NCBI GenBank assembly: GCA_018985225.1
Contig: JADGIF010000245.1
Location: forward strand, 1-12,991
Direction: 5' to 3'
Length of the DNA: 12,991 nt
From: Amoeboradix gromovi X-113
Lineage: Eukaryota > Fungi > Sanchytriomycota
Shown: positions 1 to 6,756 of the stretch, in pieces
Layout of the letters: every line of letters starts with the position of its first letter
Numbering within the stretch: the stretch's first letter is position 1
Translations under genes and position numbers: made by a program
Notes under the pieces: model-generated
What the model saw: only the letters and a program-made list of their open reading frames with translations
The model's database searches: none
Told to the model about the DNA's origin: nothing

Positions 1-16
1 AAGTGTAATAGTGATA

Positions 17-240
17 TTTTATTTGAAATAAAGATTGGATGAAAGAGTAAGAGAATAGCTGTACAGAATATTTATTTTTGAAATTCGATACAAAAAAGTT
101 ATTTATTTTCCTTTTACACTCGTCAACTCCGCAACTAGCTGAATGTCCACTCGCCTCTTAGATCCATAACATTAATAAAGCTGAAATAATGTTCCAAGTT
201 GTTACTGAAAGTTAGTCCAGTTTTTATATTTGATGTCCCA
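17..240 (+). mobile_element. Decayed 3' fragment of the Fanzor1-like family B (copy B1), inverted relative to the copy at 12.7-13.0 kb
   Basis: 210-240 AGTTAGTCCAGTTTTTATATTTGATGTCCCA matches the reverse complement of 12723-12753 (AGTTAGTCTAGCTTTTATATTTGGTGTCCCA) at 28 of 31 nt. 17-80 aligns more loosely to the reverse complement of about 12790-12858. The repeat is directly seen; the Fanzor identity is inferred from the other copies. Confidence 0.6.
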
Positions 241-303
241 TATGTTGAATTAATCTTTTTTGAGACACTGCGTTTTAAGAAGTTTGTCTAATTTTCGCAG
301 AGC

Positions 304-666
304 ATGTCCCAAACGACTTGTCCAACATTTTTATATGATCAAACGTTTATTGTGCAGTGCTCAAAGTGTGGTGCCATTGTAGCGGATTCATCTATGATGC
401 TTAACATGAAAAAAGATTTCGGCATATTCTTAAAACTTAACAAATCAGTAATAAGGATAGGCACAAAATCCAACTTTATTATAAGCAAATGTGGTGAAGT
501 AATTGGGGCTTGGGATGCGCTAGTTCCTGAAGTGGAAAATAGCATTTTGTATAAAATTTACTGGAAAACCGTTAAGTTAAACACATGTGGATTTTCTTGC
601 CGACCGATGGTAAATTTAAATGAAAAAATTTCTGTAGTCATTGAAACTAATAGGAAAATAAAATAG
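304..666 (+). CDS. Mis18/Yippee-family zinc-binding protein
   Basis: QCSKCGAIVADS matches the first Mis18 motif (QCxxCxxIVGDS). ISKCGEVIG matches the second (CxxCxxVIG) with its first Cys missing. 120 aa, ATG to TAG. Confidence 0.65.
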   Translation: MSQTTCPTFLYDQTFIVQCSKCGAIVADSSMMLNMKKDFGIFLKLNKSVIRIGTKSNFIISKCGEVIGAWDALVPEVENSILYKIYWKTVKLNTCGFSCRPMVNLNEKISVVIETNRKIK

Positions 667-688
667 GTAATTTTTATAAATTTTTTTT

Positions 689-848
689 GTTGCCAATGAC
701 ACAAATTCTAACAAAAGTATACTGACTTTTAAAGCCATGGTTCTAATAGGACTCCTCGTTGAAATCCCTGGTTACGAGTAGCTCAAGAGGTCCCGCAAAG
801 AAGCAGGCAATTCCAGTCGCTCTGTTACCGTGGTTACCAATGCTCCCA
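689..848 (-). ncRNA. Candidate Fanzor omega-RNA scaffold / element right end (copy A1)
   Basis: Lies directly 3' of the Fanzor2-like stop and is more GC-rich than its flanks. Minus-strand hairpins: CCTGC/GCGGG (792-807), CTCGT/ACGAG (755-778), AAAAGT/ACTTTT (713-730). 753-848 recurs in diverged form at about 12286-12380. Boundaries are uncertain. Confidence 0.5.
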
Positions 849-1170
849 CTACCCTCTAGCCAAGATTGAATAGTGATTAATATACTTGAAGTATATGTTC
901 TTTGCTGCCATACTGTTTCTATTTACTTCCAAATGACAATTGGTACAAGTGTAGGTTTCTAAGCTGGTTTCTTTAAAGTACCATACCTCGTACATGTCTG
1001 ACTAGTAAATGCTTCATTACATTCGATTATCGTCTTTCCTCTTTATTTACACTTGAACTTCAAGCGTTCCTTGAATAAATTGTACAGATATTACTGTCTA
1101 GGGATTGAAAGACATCTGATTCTTCCATGTTTGTACCAGTTCATCAGTGTTGAAGAATGTATGCTGTACC
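849..1170 (-). pseudogene. Fanzor2/TnpB-like RNA-guided nuclease pseudogene, C-terminal part (RuvC-II, zinc finger, RuvC-III)
   Basis: Hand translation: YNLFKERLKFKCK*RGKTIIECNEAFTSQTCTRYG /frameshift near 960-975/ LETYTCTNCHLEVNRNSMAAKNIYFKY...ARG*. This matches the TnpB/Fanzor2 pattern FxxRLxYK..GxxV..xNExYTSxTCxxCG..CxxC....DRDxxAAxNI. Lesions: TAA at 1043-1045, a frameshift, Cys to Tyr, and RuvC-III Asp to Asn. Confidence 0.9.
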
Positions 1171-1421
1171 TACTAGTTATTTGTTTAGAATTGATTTACC
1201 ATTTGCAAAAAGGAAGAACATCGAGTATTTAAGCTGTTGGAAAAGTCTTGAAATTGTACAAAAATGCATACAAATTCGCGATAAATGATTTATTCAAGAA
1301 GACAATCGAGCTGTGTCCGATATATTGACATGCGCAGTTGCGAACTAAACTATATTGCCGCATGCTGATCTCACCATAAAGCGCGGTACAATTAGAACCT
1401 CTCCTTTCAGTTGTAATCAGT

Positions 1422-2867
1422 ATGACAGTTAAACATCATCAAGCTGCGAATAGCACCAAAGACAAGGCTGGCACCATTCAATCGTTTGCGTATAGTGGTA
1501 GATTAATGGAGAAAGAGTTGCCCAAATACGAAATGCCAAAGGAATCCAACAATCCTCGCACTGTGTACCAAATAATACATGACGAACTAGCTTTGGACTG
1601 TAATCCATCCCTCAATTTGGCTACATTTGTGACTAACTGGATGGAGCCTGAGGCTAATGATCTACTACTTGAGTGCGCTAGTAAGAATTATGCTGATATG
1701 AGCTGTTACACTCAAACTACTGAAATAGAGGGCAGATGCGTTTCTATTCTTTCACACTTGTGGAATTCCCCATCGATCTCCAAGGAAAGTATCGGCACCT
1801 ATTGTGTGGGAAGCAGCGAGGCTTGCTTGTTAGGGGCTCTGGCGATGAAGAAGATATGGCAGCACAAGCGTAGTTCGGAAAATAAAGATTATTTTCATCC
1901 CAATATTGTCATGCCGTCAACTGTACAAGTCGTGTGGAAGAAGTTTGCCACATACTTTGATGTGGAACCTAGATACGCCATTATTAGCGAATACAAGTTG
2001 GACAGCAACAATGATGAACTGATCAGGCTATGTGATGAGAACACAATAGGAATAATCAGCATCCTTGGAAACACTTACACGGGTCACTTTGATGATGTTG
2101 ATGATCTCAACACTAAAGTAACAGAGCTTAACAATAAAAAAGGATACAACATAGGAATCCATGTGGATGCCGCCACTGGAGGATTTATAGCTCCTTTTTT
2201 ATATCCAGAACTAAAATGGGACTTTCGTTTAAAAAACGTATGGTCTATCAACACAAGTGGGCATAAATACGGATTGGTTTATCCAGGTGTGGGATTTATA
2301 GTATGGAGAGATGATGAGAAACTTCCAAAAGATTTGATATTTGATCTGCACTATTTAGGTGGAGTTGAGCAGACATTTACATTGAACTTCAGCAAACCTA
2401 GCAGCCAAGTTGTATTGCAATATTATAACATGTTACGATTAGGAAGAGATGGCTATAAAAAAGTGATTAAAGGTTGCAAAGAGAATGCTATTTATCTCAA
2501 GAAAAGACTAGAAAGCATGGGTCCGTTCGAAGTCATTAGTTCTGATAATGGGACACCTTTGGTGACTTGCAGATTAAAGGAGTCAGTAGTCGAATACACC
2601 GTATTTGATTTGGAGCGTAAATTGAAAGAATTTGGATGGATCACCCCTGCATATCAATTACCAGAAGGAGCAGAGCAGATATATATCCTTAGAATGGTGG
2701 TTAGAGAATCTTTTTCAGTGGACATGGCCAGCAAATTCATTGATGCAATGCAAAAGTCTATCGACTTTTTGATGGAGCAATTTGCATCAAATAATAAGAA
2801 AAAGGCGGTGGAGAGTAACAAGAAACATAAAAAGGTTAGAAGTGCTAAAATGCATGTAGCCTGCTAA
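1422..2867 (+). CDS. GAD1: Glutamate decarboxylase (PLP-dependent group II)
   Basis: LNLATFVTNWME, GSSEACLLG, IHVDAATGGF and PLP-lysine motif SGHKYGLVYPG. Basic C-terminal tail ending HVAC. Intronless, 481 aa. Confidence 0.97.
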   Translation: MTVKHHQAANSTKDKAGTIQSFAYSGRLMEKELPKYEMPKESNNPRTVYQIIHDELALDCNPSLNLATFVTNWMEPEANDLLLECASKNYADMSCYTQTTEIEGRCVSILSHLWNSPSISKESIGTYCVGSSEACLLGALAMKKIWQHKRSSENKDYFHPNIVMPSTVQVVWKKFATYFDVEPRYAIISEYKLDSNNDELIRLCDENTIGIISILGNTYTGHFDDVDDLNTKVTELNNKKGYNIGIHVDAATGGFIAPFLYPELKWDFRLKNVWSINTSGHKYGLVYPGVGFIVWRDDEKLPKDLIFDLHYLGGVEQTFTLNFSKPSSQVVLQYYNMLRLGRDGYKKVIKGCKENAIYLKKRLESMGPFEVISSDNGTPLVTCRLKESVVEYTVFDLERKLKEFGWITPAYQLPEGAEQIYILRMVVRESFSVDMASKFIDAMQKSIDFLMEQFASNNKKKAVESNKKHKKVRSAKMHVAC

Positions 2868-2874
2868 TTGATTA

Positions 2875-2886
2875 AATAAATTTATT
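2875..2886. terminator. Palindromic back-to-back polyadenylation-like signal
   Basis: AATAAATTTATT is a perfect 12-nt palindrome giving AATAAA on both strands, inside the 23-nt gap between two convergent stop codons (2867 and 2891). Confidence 0.5.
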
Positions 2887-2890
2887 AAAT

Positions 2891-3655
2891 TCATTCACAA
2901 ATAGTAAGGCGAGGTTGATACTCAAGTTCCAGCTCATCATTAGTTTGACTTTGGCGCTTAAATTGTTCCTGTAGCAATATCTCATGCTTGGGATCATATT
3001 CTAAATTAAAAGTGCTTTCAGTTTGCATAAATTTCAGTTTTTGATTATAATACTTGCGAAAAAGATATGCGCAAAGTAATAGAACCACTACAACAGATAA
3101 GGCTATTCCAATTATAGCGTCGACGGATAATGGTTCGCTAGAAATAACAGCAGGTGGCATTGTATTGTTACCCTTTTTGAAATACAGATATGAATCAGGG
3201 AAGTCAACAGCCGGTTTCGTTTTATTAGTGTTTGTGTTGTAAAAATACTGACAAGAAGTAGAAGAATAAGGCTTAGCAGAGAAAGCAATACAGTCCGAAT
3301 CGTTGTTACAGTATTCCGTGCAGTAGCGTATATTAAAATCGGATTCATTCTCGTAGAAATACAGAACATCTTTTAGGTTCTGAAATGAACAGGAGTATCC
3401 ATCAATCTGTGTTATTTCGTTTGCTCTGTTTTCGGAAACGCCTGAATCGATGTTCTCCATGCTATTAATCATCTCAACAAAACCGTAAAGAAAACACTTT
3501 TTACCGGTTTTTGGTATCTCCCATCGATAGCACTCGGATTTCAGTGCGCATTCCTTTCTACAATTCTTCGTAGAGGTTACTTCTGTGAGTATTCCAATCT
3601 CTACCAATCCAGATTGCATTGGTTTTACCCGCGAACTAAATACATTTGTACACAC
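2891..3655 (-). CDS. Single-pass membrane protein with two PAN/apple-like domains; start uncertain
   Basis: Two Cys patterns CxxxC-x5-C-x11/12-C (CRKECALKSEC...C; CTEYCNNDSDC...C) and a TM helix AIIGIALSVVVVLLLCAYLF followed by RK. The track start is GTG; the first in-frame ATG is at 3619. Confidence 0.7.
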   Translation of the reverse strand: MCTNVFSSRVKPMQSGLVEIGILTEVTSTKNCRKECALKSECYRWEIPKTGKKCFLYGFVEMINSMENIDSGVSENRANEITQIDGYSCSFQNLKDVLYFYENESDFNIRYCTEYCNNDSDCIAFSAKPYSSTSCQYFYNTNTNKTKPAVDFPDSYLYFKKGNNTMPPAVISSEPLSVDAIIGIALSVVVVLLLCAYLFRKYYNQKLKFMQTESTFNLEYDPKHEILLQEQFKRQSQTNDELELEYQPRLTICE

Positions 3656-3699
3656 TGGTCAAATGATCTTAAAGTATCGAAATTTGGAGCAAATTTTAT

Positions 3700-4459
3700 T
3701 TATTCTGTTTGCATCTGATCCTGAACCTGGTTTAAATATGGTTCTAAGTTCTCATCTTCTAACATTTGCACTCCATCTTTAGAAACTACAGCTATACAAA
3801 CTGATTTTGGCTCGATCTTTTCTACCCCACTTAACAATGATCTAAGCCCATGAATGATTCCCTCCTCTTTTGTACACTTTTTGATAGAATCCAAATTTCG
3901 TTCCAAATATGTTCTAGCTGACTGGGATCTGTTTCCAATAGCTATAGCATGATATGGAAATGCAGTAGCATTTGGCATAAATTGATACAACTGTACCGCA
4001 CCATTATGGTATCCCAGCATTAGACATCCAACCCCATAGGGTCTTCGTCCGTATCTTTGAGTGTTCGCTTGCGCTTTTAAAAGCATGGTATTCATCAGTT
4101 TTTGAGGCATTAGCTCACGAGTATATGTTAATCTACGTTATTCATGACTACCTATGACCCAAACACTCGTTTCTCATGAAATCAGCCAACAATCTTGCGT
4201 CACTACTCAATCCTGAAATTCCCATGATTAAATGATTATCCAGTTTAAACAGTTTTTGTTGATATGAAGACAATGGCCCAAATGATCTCTTCAATGCTAC
4301 TAGTATTCCAACATCAGCTTCCTCTGATTCCGGTGTTTGTACTGTTAATCCTATGCATATACTTCCTTGTTTAACAGCTTCCATAGCGTACTCGACTTGA
4401 TGCAATCTTCCTTGCGGTGAGAACGTAGTGTTGTCAGAATCATAGACATTTCTAAACAT
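3700..4459 (-). CDS. PRE5: 20S proteasome subunit alpha-6 (Pre5/PSMA1); join(4459..4152, 4132..3700), 246 aa
   Basis: MFRNVYDSDNTTFSPQGRLHQVEYA and TQRYGRRPYGVG and AIGNRSQSARTYLE are diagnostic. The two ORF-track pieces join in frame after removing 4133-4151 (308+433=741 nt). Confidence 0.95.
4133..4151 (-). other. 19-nt spliceosomal intron
   Basis: CAT AG|GTAGTCATGAATAACGTAG|A TTA. GT-AG ends; retention reads an in-frame TAG; removal gives ECLGHRLTYTRELMPQKL with no gap relative to the PSMA1 segment as I recall it. Confidence 0.88.
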
Positions 4460-4501
4460 CCTACTTGTTTAGAAAATAAATTAATTATTATTTCTTACAA
4501 A
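4460..4501. promoter_or_regulatory. 42-nt divergent intergenic region, probable bidirectional promoter
   Basis: Only 42 nt separate the PRE5 ATG (4459, -) from the EMC5-like ATG (4502, +). AT-rich imperfect dyad TTGTTTAGAAAATAAATT|AATTATTATTTCTTACAA. Confidence 0.55.
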
Positions 4502-4672
4502 ATGGCTACACCCATTTACATTGCTTCTTTGTTGTTCCTTGTTCATGGCTTTATTAGCGCTTGTTTGTATGGAAAAACTAACGATATACTACTCGAATTA
4601 TCCCTGGGTTGGTCTGGTTTACTTTTGGATGCTGTTATGTACAATTATAAGAACATTTACGATGAATTTTAA
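4502..4672 (+). CDS. EMC5: Minimal EMC5/MMgT-family membrane protein, 56 aa (not in the ORF track)
   Basis: MATPIYIASLLFLVHGFISACLYGKTNDILLELSLGWSGLLLDAVMYNYKNIYDEF*. Two hydrophobic helices with the family motifs LxHxxxSA and DIxxE. It fills the gap between its neighbours almost exactly. Confidence 0.7.
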   Translation: MATPIYIASLLFLVHGFISACLYGKTNDILLELSLGWSGLLLDAVMYNYKNIYDEF

Positions 4673-4673
4673 T

Positions 4674-5879
4674 TTATTTAATAAATTTCCTTGGTATATC
4701 TTGCTCCCGAATCTTAATAAAATATTTCAATCTAAATATCTCTGAGTCTTCTTTACTTACTATGTATGCGCACTTTATATAATTCTTTAGACAGTATTCG
4801 AATATTCCACCGTACTCACTAGTCAATGTACCGCCCTCTTTCCTCTTTGTTTTGGCGTAGTTGTACTTGTCTAAGTTTGCTGATGAGCTTGAATGCACAA
4901 ATAGTTCAGACTTACCAATCTCCAGTGTCATACTGTCCATCATTAGCAGCCCCAGTTCTGTGTCCTCATCATTATCTTTCATGTTGATCAAATAGTGTTG
5001 AAACATTTCATTCTTCTCTACAATTATAATTTTGCGCCTTTTGTTTTTTGTTGTTACTTTATTGCAATGATTTATCAAATTATTCATATAGTCTCTCAGA
5101 GTGTTTAGCTCTGTTCCATAGCCTATCACTACTGACTTGTTGTAGTCTATTTCCTCCATTAGTTTGTTATCTGTCACAAAATTATATATGTGCTTAAAAA
5201 CAGTCCTTGATAAATACTCAACTTGCCACGTTTCTGCAGAGTTCATATCACACGTATCATTAATAAACACACTATCGTATGCCTCAACAACACTTATTAC
5301 ACCATTGTAGACCACCAGCTGTATGCTATCATCCACACCCTCAAATAAGCATGCAACCACCGTCTGATTATTGTTATAATTATATGTCCCAACATAGGCA
5401 CCCTTAACCAGCAAATTGGTAGCATCACACTCTGCAATGTCATGGTTTAATATGATTTTATTGGTTAGTTTACTTTCTTGCTTCTTCCAATCATTCGAGT
5501 TATAATAGTAGGTGAACTCTAGATTAGTTGGAATGCAAAAACAGCTAAAATCTATTTTATTAACAGAAGTATTAATTAAAATGCTAGGTTGAGTAATACT
5601 TTCAAGAGCATAGCGAATAGTTAATGATACATCAATGTTTGCACATTCAGGTACAAAGTTTCCTGGTTCGACAGAAGACTCATCTAGAACTACGGAAACA
5701 TAATTAGAAAACTCATCATTAATGGTGGCAGCAATGGAAACATGTAGCTGTTCGCCATCAGAAGTAGCAGATTTGCCACCTGAGCTCCCTGAAATTTGAT
5801 TTCTAAAATCTTCATGGGTTGACTTGTTAATTGAAGTGGGTTGTTTAACATTGAAGTGCTTAGGAGCATTGCGAGACAT
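4674..5879 (-). CDS. Hypothetical protein, 401 aa
   Basis: Long ATG-to-TAA ORF in AT-rich DNA, with AATAAA overlapping the stop. No family recognised. Confidence 0.75.
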   Translation of the reverse strand: MSRNAPKHFNVKQPTSINKSTHEDFRNQISGSSGGKSATSDGEQLHVSIAATINDEFSNYVSVVLDESSVEPGNFVPECANIDVSLTIRYALESITQPSILINTSVNKIDFSCFCIPTNLEFTYYYNSNDWKKQESKLTNKIILNHDIAECDATNLLVKGAYVGTYNYNNNQTVVACLFEGVDDSIQLVVYNGVISVVEAYDSVFINDTCDMNSAETWQVEYLSRTVFKHIYNFVTDNKLMEEIDYNKSVVIGYGTELNTLRDYMNNLINHCNKVTTKNKRRKIIIVEKNEMFQHYLINMKDNDEDTELGLLMMDSMTLEIGKSELFVHSSSSANLDKYNYAKTKRKEGGTLTSEYGGIFEYCLKNYIKCAYIVSKEDSEIFRLKYFIKIREQDIPRKFIK

Positions 5880-5989
5880 GAAACTATATTGCTCTGGGGT
5901 TGAGATTTTCCGTGGTTACAAGCTTATGGCTATACTAAATTGTATGCTGTGAATACTGGCTAGTAGGCAAGTTAGATAGTCCACTAGTA

Positions 5990-6640
5990 TTTTGGACCCA
6001 CAAGAACTAAGTGCGACCCCTGGATTAACTACCAAAGAAACACGACTAGCTTCAGTATAATGTTTAAAATAAATTTTAATCTTTTTAGCTTGAAGTTAAG
6101 AGTTTTAAGTTGAATCTTCATGCAATAGTCCAAATTTTCTTGTTGAGTAATACGACAGCTTTTTCTAACATTTATCGATCGTAACTGAATAAACAGTTTA
6201 TCGCGATTAGATGAATTTTGTGGTTCTATTATTTCTTTTCCAGATTTTTGCATTGGAATTTCAACCAGTTGCAACCAATACTGACATATGCAGTTTAGTG
6301 TCGCCGTTTTCGTAAACAGACAAGATTTCATTTTTAATATAATAATAATTTTATTATTACTATTAGTTTTATCGTTCGAATATTCTTCCTTTCTAGAGCT
6401 TCGCAATCGAGTAAACGCTCGATGATCATTTTCTCATGTGTGACATGTATCCAAATTATCACAGTCAGAATTTGTCAGATATAAAGTGACCGTGGGTAGC
6501 CACTCTACCTTAATGCATAGTGCTACTAGTTTTTTATGAAGTTTTTGCTTTTCTCTGAAGTCCGGAATTTGGATGAGGAGCAAGAGTTGAGCACCGATCT
6601 CAGTATCAACCTGCTCGCGCACCATATAGTATTCTATTAG
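5990..6640 (-). pseudogene. Fanzor1-like pseudogene relic (family B, copy B3)
   Basis: Ordered motifs across frames: RILYG (6621-6635), APHPNSGLQRK (6549-6581), FISDKF with K at the expected RuvC-II Glu (6468-6476), TCHT* (6434-6448), CQYW, SNRD (NRD 6200-6208). This resembles Fanzor1 IxYG..PxPxxGLxR..DEF..CxxC..CxxC..NRD. 6323-6365 resembles 12944-12983 in DNA. Confidence 0.6.
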
Positions 6641-6756
6641 TCAATTCTTTTTAAAACTATCGGACTTGATGCTTAAATTCCGGGTCTAGTTCATATCTGA
6701 TTGGAAGTGGTTTAATCTAAGATTGATCAAAATCCCCTATACCCCTTCTTTCACTC

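Noticed and set aside
1338-1358. AAACTATATTGC shared with 5881-5892, and CCGTGGTTAC shared between about 828 and 5910
   Set aside because: Exact 10-12-mers are expected by chance in 13 kb of AT-rich DNA and do not extend without several gaps.
4461-4498. 38-nt GTAAGA...TAG just upstream of the PRE5 ATG (minus strand), a possible 5' UTR intron
   Set aside because: It would remove almost the whole divergent promoter and no coding constraint supports it.
4521-4745. ORF-track 74-aa ORF with a TTG start
   Set aside because: Alternative frame of the ATG-initiated EMC5-like gene, and it overlaps the 401-aa gene.
6275-6320. Ankyrin-like ENGDTKLHMSV in an alternative minus-strand frame
   Set aside because: Single short motif followed by a stop; the region is better explained as a Fanzor1-like relic.
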